Assembly: GCF_006345805.1 (NCBI RefSeq) | Contig: NC_043001.1 | Location: 110,422,001 to 110,486,000 of the forward strand | From: Octopus sinensis | Lineage: Eukaryota | Length of the DNA stretch: 64,000 nt | Direction: 5' to 3' | Shown here: positions 1-13,530 of the stretch, one piece after another | Layout: every line of letters starts with the position of its first letter | How positions within the stretch are numbered: the first letter of the stretch is position 1 | Notes under the pieces: model-generated | What the model saw: only the letters and a program-made list of their open reading frames with translations | Database searches by the model: none | Told to the model about the DNA's origin: nothing | Program-made: the position numbers and the translations under genes

Positions 1-288
1 TGTGATATCCCTTCAGCAAGAGTAATATAATTGTAGAATCAATTAAAGAAAAAACAGAAACTTTACTCTCAAACAATCGGAAGTTCAACCAAAAACTAAC
101 TTTAATTGTGGACAAATAATCAACCATAAGAAAAGAATACCTGTAAGGCATAGTTTATCGAACGATAGAATACTGAATAGAAAAATTAATTCGTATTTGT
201 TATGTAGAAGTAGAAACAGAGAGTAAAAATGGGTACAAGAAATGAATGCACATACAAAATGTACGAAGAAACAAAATTTGTTTCAGAG

Positions 289-396
289 AGCGAGAGAGAG
301 AGAGAGAGAGAGGTGGGGGAGGCAGAGGGAAAGAAAACTGTAAAGAACGCTGAGTGTAGAGTAAATTAAAATTGTGAAGAACAACTAAAAGATGTG

Positions 397-464
<68 letters not shown>

Positions 465-562
465 AAGATAGATAGATAGATTGATAGATGGATAGATTGA
501 TACATAGATAGATAGATAAATACATAGATAGGTTGGTTGATTGACTGATATATATATATATC

Positions 563-595
<33 letters not shown>

Positions 596-996
596 TATAT
601 GTATGTATATATATACGTATATATACACTAGATATCCAATCGATTTAAGACGAATAGGAAATAGCAAATTAAATGTCGTCCAAAGCTTTTATTTATTATT
701 TCATCATTTAAAGAACGTATTCTTGTACCTCATTAATGTCGAATATTCAACAATGGCATTTGCTAATGGCTACTACAAACATTGGAACCGTTATATACAA
801 ACATTATCAATTAGTTCTTCATTAATATATGCTTTATCTGACAAGTGTGTATTTTTTCTGCTAGGAAATCCCAAAATTTATGTGCACGCGTACTGACGCA
901 CGCGTACACACACACACACGCACAAAAGACACCCCACATACACATAATCGAACACGATCATATCTGTACATACGCATATATATGTAAGTTTAAATA

Positions 997-1070
<74 letters not shown>

Positions 1071-1100
1071 CATAAATATAACTAAATATATATATATATA
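289..1100. repeat. Compound microsatellites (GA)n, (TA)n, (GATA)n, (CA)n interrupted by unique DNA
   Basis: Seen directly at 289-310, 393-625 and 895-1100. Confidence 0.9.
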
Positions 1101-1109
1101 TAAAAAATA

Positions 1110-1905
1110 GAGTTATTCAAATTATTTTACTTCCGACAAATGTTTCGACGATCATAACTGGTATTATTTGAAAGGAATAAAATGATGTAAAACAATGTAA
1201 TCTTCTCTTCAGGGAAATGAAGAAATGAAACTCGTCAATAAGATATTTTAAGAGAATATGATGAATATGCATAGTAATTAAGTGAACGCTATTAAGTTTG
1301 TTTTAAAAACGCGTTAGAGGATATAACGTCAAAGGTAGCCTATAGAAAGAGGAGGGGTAAATGAAAGAAAAGTAAAATCCTCAAATAAATGAGAAGTATA
1401 TAACGATATGTAAATAAATAAAACCCTATAGTCTTGAAAAAAGATATGTCTAGTGAATGTGAAATGTAAGAAGAAAATTAATGTTTAAATTATATATAAT
1501 GATAGATATCACTTATATGAAGTAAAAGCGTGTTTCTGCCAATGTTTACATCGGTAGACACGCTCTGTAACCGTGCTTAGTAGGGGATTTTTAGAAAAAA
1601 GAATTAAAAAATAGTTCAAAATTACAGAGAAGACAGAATTCCTTGCCCTTATCATAAGGTATCGAAATTGAGAGAATTAACCAATCTAAATTACATTGTT
1701 TAATATGGACTTTTACTTGCGAAGTTAATTTACTAAGCCCTATACTGTTACGTTTATTCCTATTCCTAAATGTAGAGTAATAATTAGAAATTCTCTTAGA
1801 TAACTGAGATGTGCTGCCTATATAAAAAAAAGACTTCATTACCAGAAGTAAATATTTCATTGGTATATAGAATTTTTAATTTTAGAGTTACTTGACATAA
1901 ACGTC
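1110..1905 (-). mobile_element. Penelope-like element (PLE) 3' fragment: decayed GIY-YIG endonuclease plus 3' UTR/pseudo-LTR
   Basis: Minus strand, with frameshifts: KNSIYQ/EIFTSGNEVF/FYIGSTSQLSKRISNYYSTFRNRNKRNSIGLSK..WLILSISIPYDKGKEFCLLCNFE..RCKH. This matches the C-terminal PLE endonuclease layout (GIY-like..YIG..R..CxxCxxE..KCRH). A hammerhead motif follows downstream. Confidence 0.8.
1129..1218 (-). ncRNA. Type I hammerhead ribozyme motif (PLE-associated)
   Basis: Minus strand: CUGAAGA (1212-1206), stem II 7 of 8 pairs (1205-1198 with 1147-1154), GAAA (1146-1143), 2-bp stem III AC-auuu-GU, GUC cleavage triplet (1137-1135), 6-bp stem I (1213-1218 with 1134-1129). Confidence 0.65.
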
Positions 1906-1972
1906 ATTCTGTTGTAATTGACTTCAGATACAAAAACTTTATTATTAATATTTCTTGGGGGATGGATGGTAA

Positions 1973-2060
1973 TAATAAGTTCTGTAGTCGATATGTTCGA
2001 CTAAAAGGCGGCGCTCCAGCATGGTACAGTCAAATGACTGAAACAAGTAAAAGAAATAAA
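1973..2060 (+). mobile_element. SINE family B, 3' fragment
   Basis: aaggcggcgctccagcatggtacagtcaaatgactgaaacaagtaaaaga matches the family B tail. Confidence 0.75.
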
Positions 2061-2140
2061 GAAATATGTGGGCGGCTGTGGTGTGTGTGTGTGTGTGTGA
2101 GTGAGCGTGTGTGTGAGTGTGTTTGTATGTATATGAAGGC

Positions 2141-2321
2141 GCGTGACTTAGTCAATAGGACATGACGGTATTTCCTCCGTCATTCACTTCTGATTTCAAA
2201 TTTCATTGAGGTCGACTCTGCCTTTCATCCTTTCGAGTTCGATAAATTAAGCACCAGTGAAGCCCTGGGGTCGATGCAATCGATTAGTGCCCTCCCACCA
2301 AGTTTCAGGCCTTGTGCATCC
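2141..2321 (+). mobile_element. SINE family A, diverged copy (tRNA head, conserved core, tail B)
   Basis: Core gaggtcgactctgcctttcatcctttcgagttcgataaattaagcaccag, then the ccttgtgc tail. Confidence 0.75.
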
Positions 2322-2330
2322 TGTGAAGTC

Positions 2331-2718
2331 CTGGCTTGCTTACCAACCATATGGCCCGGGTTCAGTCTTACTGCGTGGCACCTTTGGTAAGTGTCTTCAA
2401 CTATAGCCTCGGCCTGACCAAAGCCTTGTGAGTAGATTTGGTACATGGAAACTCAAAGAAGCCCATCGGATATATACATATGTATGTATATTTTTGTGTG
2501 TCTGTGTCTGTGTCTGTCCTCCCACCATTGCTTGACAACCGATGTTGTTGCGCTTACGTCCCCGCAACTTAGCGGTTCGGCAAAAGAGGCAGATAGAACA
2601 AGTAGGAGGCTTATAAAGAATAATTCCTGAAGTTGATCTGTTCGAATAAAAGGCGATGCACCAGCAACACCGCAGTCAAATGACTGAAACAAGTAAAAGA
2701 ATAAAACAATAAAAGAAT
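2331..2718 (+). mobile_element. SINE family B (tRNA head, CORE-like ccttgggcaagt, internal microsatellite, CR1-like tail)
   Basis: Colinear with the copies at 21815, 46012 and 53741. Confidence 0.85.
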
Positions 2719-2759
2719 ATGTGTGTGCTGGTGTTGTGTGTGTGAGTGTGCAGATGTGT

Positions 2760-3010
2760 GGCCGTGTTGTCAAGCCATTTCGCCCGCGAACGCTGGGTCG
2801 TGGGTTCGATATGCAGACCTGCTGTATTTTGTACTGTTGCGCGTGACAGTTCATTTTACTTCGTTCCAGTTCACTCAGTTGTAAATGGTTAACCATCTGA
2901 TGAACTTGTCTCCCTATAAGGGGTGGGAGGAATATTGGTCTGTTCACCCATCCAGCAGGGTGGCGTCATCTGAACACTAAAACAATGTGAAGCACATTGT
3001 GATCAGCGAT
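2760..3010 (+). mobile_element. Diverged tRNA-derived SINE (family D-like)
   Basis: B-box-like gggttcgat followed by ttccagttcactcagttgtaaatg, also seen at about 61230. Confidence 0.5.
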
Positions 3011-3370
3011 ATACAACAAAATGTTTGTCTGGTCATTACCGTAATTCGGTGATACACGCACACACACACATATATATAAGTTTGTTTGTGTGTGTGTGTG
3101 TGTGTGTGTGAGTGGGTATAATACGTTGCCTAAAATTATTCGACGTAAGCCTTATCTCTATAGGTGATGTTATTTGAAATAAGCTATTTTTCTATAGAAA
3201 AACAAATGTGTATTCCCCAGCCGATAGATCACAACAGTTGAAAGAAGACGTGCTCCTTAGACTGGAAGAGGTCTACTTTTCTGGTGATGCGCAGAAGCGA
3301 TAAGAAAATTGATAAATGCAATTTTATTGATGTTATCTCAGAGCGTCTTTCAAGCCTCTGTTATTCCGCT

Positions 3371-3526
3371 TCTTTGATGACATGCACACACACGCACGCA
3401 CACACATACACACGCACGCACACACATACACACATACACTCACACACACACAACATATATCCTACGTGTGTTTCTATTCACAGCGGGAAGAGAGAGTCTG
3501 TAGATGTATACTACCATGCATTTATG

Positions 3527-3586
<60 letters not shown>

Positions 3587-3608
3587 CCTACCTACCTACC
3601 TATCTATG

Positions 3609-3641
<33 letters not shown>

Positions 3642-3679
3642 GTACTTATAATAAAAATAATGAATAATATATATATATA

Positions 3680-3719
<40 letters not shown>

Positions 3720-3720
3720 A
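3371..3720. repeat. Compound (CA)n/(TCTA)n/(TA)n/(TG)n microsatellites
   Basis: Seen directly. Confidence 0.9.
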
Positions 3721-4330
3721 TTTATAAATGCATATGTGGGTACAGGACATCACCGACGGTGCAGACAAAATGAAATACGTAAATAACGAGAGAAAAAAGT
3801 GGAAAACAGGACCAGTAAACACATAGAAAGGACCCTTTAGCAGTTGTCAGTTGTCTATCTGCTGCTCATTTCGAGCATTCAACAATGATATGTGTCTTCG
3901 AAGACAGTTGCTCCCATGAATTCTAAAAGAAAATTCGGAATTTATGGAGGGTCATATTTGGGAACAAAAACAAGACAGTGGAAACATACAAAGAAACCGA
4001 ACGAAAACAAACATAGAGGGTCGTAGACCGGAACGAAAGTAAAGTAGTGAAGACTGGGAGAAATATCTTCTTTGAAAAGAGAAAAGATGGAAGAAAGAGA
4101 GAGAGAAAAAAAAAGCACTCCAGCCTTTTGAACGTCCCCGCAGGAAAAGAAAGATGGTCACCTGAGTAAAAGAAAGATGGACGATAGTCACTTGAGAGCA
4201 ACGAGAGAGAAAAGAGAATGAGGGAGAGAGAGACAAATAGAAAACGGTGAAGGAGGAAGGGGAGAAAAAAGGGAATTGGAGAAGTATAGAGTAGAGTCGC
4301 ATGAAAAAGGTGAAGATAAAGTTATTGAAT

Positions 4331-5025
<695 letters not shown>

Positions 5026-5894
5026 GGCAATAATAAAATATGAAAGATGAAATATGCGTGGGGGCGATGATCAAGAGCGTGTACTTGTAATGGAGAAAGT
5101 AAAGATAGAAATCAAATAGTTGATATGAAAATAATGGAATATATTAGTTAATTGTCGCGCTGAGGCATAAAACTAACATTGACATAAAACATACAAATAC
5201 TAGAATGACGCTTTGTATCACACGTCACTAGACGATGCATTATTTGATTTTGAAACCACTAGACTCTATAAAAGTGTTTTATATTTAAAATATAAAATAT
5301 AGATATATAAATGAATGAATAAATAAATGTATCCCCCAAAGCAACGTGGTGCTTATATTTAGCTTTTGTAAGTTTGTTTACATGTTTACCAAGTTTAATT
5401 ATAGCCAGAACCATATCAAATTATCACAAACAATATCGCAATAAAAGTATCTGCAATTCAAAAATTTGAATCTGTATGCGGTTTGTTCGACCTGTTAAAA
5501 GAAACAGCTAAGTCTGCTTCTTTTTGCAGATTGCACGGTCTGAGACATCCTAATGATGTTAGATGAATTTGTGGTGTATATCAGTTTTTTTTTAAATGGG
5601 GTTAGCACACTTGCTCCCAGATAGCTGACTTGGAAGGAAATCAACACTGACAACAAGAATAAGAAGCTCGCCCAAGTTGAAGATCACAGTGGCAACAACA
5701 GCAACAACAAAAGTAAAGGTTTAATCGGCTTCAAATAGGAGTAAAGTCACTGTGAAATCATATCTTGTTTTAAAAACCAGAAATACATTGGATGATGATG
5801 TTCCAGAGACGGTCTTGCAGAAAACCAAAATGATCGCTCATGGTTGCACGCATACTTCATCATAGACTGGTGGTATATTTGGTTAAAATTGATT

Positions 5895-6139
5895 TGTGTG
5901 TGTGTGTGTGTGTGTGTGCGTGCGTGCGTGCGTGGGCACGTATGTATTTATAAACATACACACATATATATATATACATACATACATATATATAGATTCA
6001 GTTGAATATGGTACTTAAGTTAAAGGTACCAGAATTTGGTATGGTATTATCCATATAATTCAAAATGGGGTGATTACAATCAGAATAAGCAACAAAATTA
6101 CCTCTGGATATCCTTGCTGCTTATTTTGATTATATAATA

Positions 6140-6222
<83 letters not shown>

Positions 6223-6238
6223 GCACATACATACATAA

Positions 6239-6281
<43 letters not shown>

Positions 6282-6546
6282 ATACATACATGTATAAAGG
6301 AAATTTAGAAAATGGTGGTGTTGCATTGATATAATTTATCAACTGCAAAAATCCAGTGCTACGTCTCCATTTTCTAAATTTTCTTTTGAATGTTTGCAAA
6401 CCCAGATTTATATTTCGACCTATTATTTTATGAATATTACTATTCACTTAAAATACAGGCAATGAACCAGTAATTCATTGGATATTACTATCCCTTAATG
6501 CGGCTATTCTAACCCCTAATTAAATATATATATATATATATATATA

Positions 6547-6583
<37 letters not shown>

Positions 6584-6667
6584 AGAGTGAGAGAGAGAAG
6601 CAGAAGACAGGCAGGGGACAGACAGAAAGAAAGAGAGAGAGAGAAAGAAGGAGAGAAACAGAGAGAG

Positions 6668-6701
<34 letters not shown>

Positions 6702-6710
6702 CGGGGAAAG
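5895..6710. repeat. (TG)n, long (TA)n and (GA/GAAA)n microsatellites
   Basis: Seen directly. Confidence 0.85.
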
Positions 6711-6920
6711 GAGAAATAAACGTATCTAATACTAAACTACATAAATTATTGATTTATTAAAATTATTTCTGCATCCAAAGGACATATGACCAAATGTCAT
6801 TAAGACCACTTTAGAAGTGAAGAAATGATTTCAAGATTCACGAATCCTGCAAAGTTGACATGGCATGCGTGCATGAATGTATACATATATACATACGCAC
6901 ATAATGCATAATTCGATGAG

Positions 6921-7203
6921 TACAGATCCAATCCATCACTGGAACTGTAAACATCTGTAAAACTTTCCAGAAATTTAACATTTAAATATATATGAGCATA
7001 TCTAGATATACAACTATATGTATGAGAATACATACATAAAGCAAAACATACAAATCCGCACATATACATACATACATATATACTTTTGAAGTTTACAGAT
7101 CCAATCCATCACTGGAACTGTCAAAATCTGTAAAACTTTCCAGAAGTTTATCATTTAGATATATATGAGCATGTCTAGAAATGTAACTATATGCATGAGA
7201 ATA
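6921..7203. repeat. Local tandem duplication, period about 173 bp
   Basis: tacagatccaatccatcactggaactgt...gagaata occurs at 6921-7029 and 7094-7203. A second duplicated unit, atctaggttagaaacc, occurs at about 7208 and 7408. Confidence 0.8.
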
Positions 7204-7554
7204 AATAATCTAGGTTAGAAACCGGCTCTTTTCTATTGGCAAGTAATCTTGATATGAAATTGAACTATGACATAAATACATACATACATACATACATACA
7301 TACATAAAACAAAATATACAAATCTGCACATGCGCTGACTCTAAATACAACACATATTCACATAAATGAACAAATGCTGTTGTTGAAATTTCAATGAAAT
7401 AGCCTTGGATCTAGGTTAGAAACCAGCTCTTTCTCTATTGACACGAAATCTTAAAATAAATCTGAATAATGACATATCTACATACTCATACGTACATAAA
7501 TCCAACATCCACAAATATATACTCCTTCTTCAAAGGCTTTATAACTCCTGAATC

Positions 7555-7872
7555 AGGAATCCCCCGTTGTCTGCCTCTGATCTATCGTGACATTGTTGAC
7601 CGCAGGTAGCGGGTAAGTTCATCACACTCTAGTTTTTGGTCGTCCTATTCATTGTCCATTGTCTTGGTGTCCGTTCCGTCACCCTGATTGTCAATCTGCT
7701 GTCCTTTAGACACGGGATGTGGCCAGCCCATCTACGTTTGTTCACATAGATGGTTCTTATGATGCAGTTTACTCTCGCGTACTGTCGTATCCAGGCGTTG
7801 GTTTTCTTGTCTGGCAACGCAATGCCGAGAATGATTCGTTCAATTTTCTGTTGGGCATCAATGAGCAGATGG
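7555..7872 (-). mobile_element. RTE-clade LINE, 3' end of ORF (fragment)
   Basis: DAQQKIERIILGIALPDKKTNAWIRQ..KRRWAGHI..DSRLTIRVTERTPR resembles the RTE C-terminus (QRxMERxMLG..WIR..KWRWAGH..WTxRVTEW). Confidence 0.75.
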
Positions 7873-7983
7873 ATGACATAAGTACCACTTGAGCACTGGG
7901 ATCGATGTAATCGACATAAACCCCTGCCCCCAAAATTGCTGGCCTTGTACCAATATTTGAAACCGATATTATCCTCCGCGTTT

Positions 7984-8885
7984 AGGCGCTAAGTTGGCAG
8001 AATCATTGCAAGCCGTACAAAATGCTCAGCGGCATTTCGTCCGTCATTACATTTTAAGTCCAATTTCTGCCTTTCATTTCGACTTTGCCTTTCCTCATTT
8101 TGGGGTCTATAATATATATTTTTTTATTGCCCACAGGGTGCTAAACATTGAAGGGACACAGAAAAGTAGACAAAAGGATTAAGTGGATTTATTTCTTTAC
8201 TGCTCACAAGGGGTTAAACATAGAGGGGACAAACAAGGACAGAAAAAGGGACTAAGTCGATTACATCGACCCCAGTGATTAACTGGTACTTATTTAATCG
8301 ACCACGAAAGGATGAAAGACAAAGTCGACCTCAGCGGAATTTGAGCTCAGAGCGCAACAGCAGATGAAATACCTATTTCTTTACTACCCACAAAGAGCTA
8401 AACACAGAGGGAACAAACAGGGACAGACAAACGGATTAAATCAATTACATTGAACCCCGTGCGTAACTGGTACTTAATTTATCGACCCCGAAAGGATGAA
8501 AGGCAAAGTCGATCTCGGCGGAATTTGAACTCAGTACGTAAAGGCAGGCGAAATATCTATTTCTTTATTACACACAAGGGCCGAAACATAGAGGGGACAA
8601 ACAAGGACAGACATAGGTATTAAGTCGATTATATCGACCCCAGTGCGTAACTGGTACTTATTTAATCGACCCAGAAAGGATGAAAGGCAAAGTCGACCTC
8701 GGCGGAATTTGAACTCAGAACGTAGCGGTAGACGAAATACCGCTAAGCATTTCGCCCAGCGTGCTAACGATTCTACCAGCTCTCCGTACTTGTAATATAT
8801 GTGCCAATTGACCACTGGAGTCAATGCAATCTACTTTCTCCTCCTCTGAAATTGCTGGCCTTGTGCCAAAATTGGATGCCAATAT
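7984..8885 (+). mobile_element. Older family A SINE, split by an inverted SINE concatemer
   Basis: Head and core 5' half at 7984-8108 (ends ttggggtc). The 3' half resumes at about 8800 (gtgccaattgaccactggagtc..ggccttgtgcc). Confidence 0.6.
8120..8786 (-). mobile_element. SINE family A concatemer: 1 headed unit, 2 head-truncated units and an extra tail
   Basis: Three cores. Junctions gaaatacctatttc (8366) and gaaatatctatttc (8550). A and B boxes are both present only in the rightmost unit. Confidence 0.9.
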
Positions 8886-8959
8886 TATCGTTGATGTTAT
8901 ATCGTTGTATATCCTTTATCATTCCAAAGAGTTTATTTATTATCCTTCGGGGAAGTGTC

Positions 8960-9915
8960 AATCGCTGGAGGACATAAATTTTTCTTCATTTGTAGATATT
9001 TTTCTCTCAAAAATTTCTCACTGTAATTCGTGCTCATGTCATCAATCTCATATAAATGTTTGCGTGTCTCAAGTTAATTCAATCTCCGTGATACCTTATT
9101 CCAAAGTGAAGATCGCCTCCTCAAATAGTCATATCAATTTTCTGTGTAGATAATAGTGTGGGACGACATTGAACGTAACTGACTTAAAAGTAACAACGCA
9201 AAAGACAAGACATACAGCAACAATAATGTGGGCAACGTTGGTGAATGTATACTGCAAAACAAACTTACCATTATGAAACAGAAGCAGTCTGAATACAATG
9301 CCGAATCAGGATATAATTACATCAGTTGACAGATGCAAATTGTTAATGATATCGAGCGCGTACGCTGACGAAATATTTTCAAAGTTTTAAAGAAGCTAAA
9401 TGAACGCCCTAAAACTCTCTTGGTTGTATCATATGACATGGATAGTACTTTGGATAATTCTTGTATGTTGTACAAACTCTGTGTATACACACTATAAGGG
9501 GCATTAACAAAGTTAGTTAGTTTCTTGGTCAAACTTTTCAACACTGCATTTGGAAGATTTGAGTTCTTCTCCAGTTACACAACTCGGCCCCGATTCGTAA
9601 CTGATCAGAGTTCCCTCTCTATTGCTAACATCTACATGACAACAAAACATAGACTAGGACACCTAATATATTATGACTAAAGTACTTAAAGAAATAAACA
9701 ATTCCGTTCCAACAGTTTTCTCTAATGCAGTTGTTCTGTGTAACCTTACCTCGGATAATAGTGTACTGTTTTTCTGGGTTGTATAACCAAAGGTTAGCTC
9801 CTATCAACCAGTAATAGGATCAAATAGATTCTATTGTTTTTGCATATGTATTGAATGTAACAATTCGAAATGCCAGAGTCGTGAGAATATTCATTCCGAT
9901 ATAATGTGACCCAGG
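8960..9915 (-). pseudogene. Possible decayed intronless class A GPCR-like pseudogene
   Basis: Ordered motifs across stops and frameshifts: IGMNILTTLAF (TM1-like), CW..YFFKYF..VLVYVLL/MLAIER (TM3-like), KC..LTLLMPLIV (ECL2/TM5-like), RTRSISLTICICQL*LYP (TM6-like), LLLLSQ..IIY (TM7-like). TM4 is not found. Manual pattern match only. Confidence 0.35.
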
Positions 9916-9960
9916 CTCAAATGCCTGGGGTCAAAACTTGCTTTCAGTCCTTGCGATATA

Positions 9961-11249
9961 TCAGGCTGAGTAAAAAGTAAGCAACGTTTTCAAACACGAA
10001 ATTCATCCCAATATATTTCAATAATAGGGAAATTTTATTCGTGAAAGTAATTACCATTACAATCGACACATTTTTGTCAAATCCCAACGTGATATAACCC
10101 GTTACAAGTTTGTCTATTCCGGTAACATAAAAAGCTAGAGTTCTGGAGCTGATGAACTTTTTGAACGCACTTTCAGCATCGGTTTGATTTTTGAACGCCT
10201 TCTCTCGCAGGAAACCACCAAGGATCTTGAGAAAGCGGTAGCTGATAGGAGAAAGGTCTTGGGAATAAGTTGGTTGGCGAAGAACTTCGTAGCCAAGTTC
10301 CCTCAAATTCTGGAGCGTCATTAGTGAAACATGTGGTCCAGTATTCTTATACAGAATGATTGGCCCTCTTCTGTTGACGAGCCTGGGACAGTGGAGTAGC
10401 AGTTTTTCGTTCATTTCGGCAATTTCATGGCAATATGTTTCTGCAGTAATAGTTTTTCCTCGTTCTAAGAAGTATCGTGGATGAGTCTAGCAGTACACCA
10501 CCAAACAGTCACCATAACCTTCTTTTTAAAGAACTCGATTTTAGGGAAGTTTTTCAGTGCTTCATTTAGTCCACTCTCTGCGAAGGACGTTTTTTTTTTA
10601 TTTTTGTGCAGAATCCACTTTTCATCGTAAGTTACAATATGGTCGGTAAATGGATCGGTCTGGTTGCGGAGAAGAAACGATGATCAAATTTCATATCTGC
10701 GCATTTTCTCATTTTCATTTAAATCGTGTGGTACTCATTTTGTCGAGCTTTATTGATTTTCCGATCGCATCCAAATAGTTGCAGGCAGTTCTCTGGCTAA
10801 CTTGAATTTGTTTTGTCAGTTCTCGAGTTTTACGTGGATCTTTCTCAATGACGGTCTTTAATTGACAGATGGGCGTCCATTACTCTCACGACCTTCAAGG
10901 CTCAGGTCTCCACTGCGAAATCGTTGAAACCATTTTCGACCTGACCACTCACTGGTCATTTCTTCACCAAACGTTTCGTTGATATCGCGAGCAGTTTCAG
11001 CTGCTTTACGTCCTTTTTTGCGGTTGAATAGCAAAATTGCTCGAATTTCACGCTTTAAAATTTCCATTTCAGATGATTGTAACAATGGTGAAAAAAACAT
11101 CAATGTTAATTTATTGATGTATTTGGGCAAATCTATGTTTGTATTATCAGACAATTTCGAAAAAATGTTTTAAAAAGATTCAAATCTCTGTAAAGTACGG
11201 TGCAAATTATTCATGGTTCAAAACATTTCTTACTTTTTACGCAACCTGA
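9961..11249 (-). mobile_element. Full-length (1289 bp) mariner DNA transposon with pseudogenised transposase
   Basis: TIRs tcaggctgagtaaaaagtaagcaacgttt and rc tcaggttgcgtaaaaagtaagaaatgttt; TA at 9959-60 and 11250-51. HTH (AAETARDINETFG..KWFQRFRSGD), *VPHDL (WVPHEL-like), IVTYDEKW, YSQDLSP (YSPDL-like). Confidence 0.92.
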
Positions 11250-12714
11250 TAGATAAAAAAATTGCGAATGCGCGATAGGAGACGGACGGATTAGCATGAA
11301 TATAGAACTAGACAATTTGTAGTATTTGGTAAAGCTCTTTGCGTTGTGAATTCAAATTCTGCCATAAGCTGCTTAAATGATAGACTTAATCCAATAACCG
11401 TTTTCTGTGTGCCATTAGCAAATCACATTAGCAATTATTCGGAACAGGTAGACTTTCCCACTGAATAAAATACAAACACTGCACTCTATGTCTTTTTTCA
11501 GATGGAATCACCCATGCTTTTCAGATGCCTTAATTATATAATTATATCCTTTAATCAAGAAAGGATCAATGGCCTGCGAGCTGTATTCCTTCAGAACTTT
11601 TGTGACCAGTACAAGGGATGTTCGAGTCTTGGAGCGAATACCTACAATAAAGTGGACTCTGCTACTGTCACCCAGGGAATAGTTAATGATGATAAACATG
11701 GCTACAGGTTATATCACGTTGAGATTTGTACTCAGTAATTGAAGCAGATGGAATGAATAGTGCAGGGTATCCCATTCAACGCTCTTATGATTTCATGAGT
11801 CTACTCTCCCAGAGTAGTACTTTATTTATCGTCCCCAAAAGGCTGAATGTCAAATTTGGTCCTGGCAAGAACTGAAATCACAACGCAAGAAACTGGAATA
11901 GAGACATAATATCCAACGCTCTAAAACAGCGGCCAATTCACATATGGTGAAGTTTTAAACAAGATTTAGCAGATATTTCTAGTCGGACTATCGATCAGAT
12001 AGATGTTTCCTGTTTGCTAATATTTTGTTACCGGCCATGCAGATTTCATAATGCGAGAGAAACAGACGAGATAATTCCTGAACTTTGTGAACAGTTTTAA
12101 ACGAGGAATACTTCTGTATATTATTTTTTTTTAATATGTATATGGAAGCTATTTAGAGCCGGTCTCTCTCTGAGGATCTCAGCATTAATTTCTATGCAGC
12201 TAAACTCAGAATCCCACTGTTAAAGTCTTCAGCACAATTTTTTCAAATTTTACATGACTTATGTGAGAAAGCTTTTTCTGCACGGAATGTATTTTATCAG
12301 TGATTTCCTAAAACAAGTCCTTGATAAAAACTTACTGAGCAGCAGTTATATTAGTGATGAAGCAAAGCAGCGTAACACGATCTTCAGGTCTTCGGTACAA
12401 TCGAGAAATGACTGAATCCTTAAAACATCGATTTCAATAGTGTGCGGTTGTATGAGATTTAAGATCACATCCAACTCCACCGTGATTATCTTCGCCATTC
12501 ATCCTATCATGGTAAATAATCAATATTTGGCTTCTGTACAGAATGCTTTACTCTCTTTTACAACCTCCCGATAGGGCGGTGAGTTGGCAGCATTTGGATC
12601 ACAGACGTCTTGCTTCTTCACATTCTCACGTTTAACAGTCCTATTATGACCTTTATTCATCTCACATGAATAAACTCCTGCCACGACGACCATTTCGGTA
12701 CCCCCGACACAATC

Positions 12715-13245
12715 ATCTCTTTCTTTCTCTTTCTCTCTCTCTCCCTTTCGCGCTCTCTCTCTCTCTTACACTCTCTCTCTCTTTCACTTTCTCTCTCTCT
12801 CTCACTCTTGCTCTCTCTCTCTCTCTTTCACTCTCTCTCTCTCTCTCTTCCTTTCATTGCCCATGTTAACAAGGTGTTTCACTCTTTCGCCCACGGTAAA
12901 ATGTCGGCTTTCTGGAATTTCCCCATTGTAGGGGTGCACGATCGTGTGTGCGTGTGTGCATGTGTGTGAGAGTTGTAAATTTACATGCGGAGCCTTTAGT
13001 AATTGCGACGATTTCAACTGCTACAGACGGCCTGCGACAGTCTTGAATATAATTGCTTTCAACGATACATATTAGCATGTATGTATGTATTTATGTATGT
13101 ATGTATGTATTGTGTATCTATATACGTATGTATGTATGCATGTATGTATGTATGTATGTATGTATATATGTATATATGTATGTATGCATATATGTATGTA
13201 GATATATGAGAGCGTGCATCCAGGCATATAAGTATGAATGTTTAA

Positions 13246-13280
<35 letters not shown>

Positions 13281-13361
13281 AGATAATGAAGTTGGAAATT
13301 GATATCAATCAATTTAAACCTGTGGTCTAGCATATTTCTAAAAATCCGATGATTTAAAAAT

Positions 13362-13434
<73 letters not shown>

Positions 13435-13530
13435 TAATGTGTGTAGAAATTGATATCAATCAATTAACATCAGTTTAAACCTGAGGTCTAGCATATTTTA
13501 AAAAATCCGATAATTTAAAAATTATATATA
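12715..13530. repeat. (TC)n, (TATG)n and (TA)n microsatellites, plus a ~95-bp duplication (13277 and 13430) separated by (TA)n
   Basis: Seen directly. gaaattgatatcaatcaatt..ggtctagcatattt..aaaaatccgat occurs twice. Confidence 0.85.

Noticed and set aside
3725-4200. Possible further PLE pseudo-LTR with hammerhead (minus strand, cttcgaagacacat..gctcgaaat)
   Set aside because: Core and stem II are too degenerate, and there is no second copy in the window.
5200-5275. CRE-like and TATA-like motifs (tgacgc, cacgtca, tataaaag)
   Set aside because: Short motifs expected by chance in AT-rich DNA, with no linked exon.
11500-11740. ORF 11502-11738 and the antisense KVLKEYSSQ similarity to LINE RT
   Set aside because: A single short motif with no downstream RT motifs.
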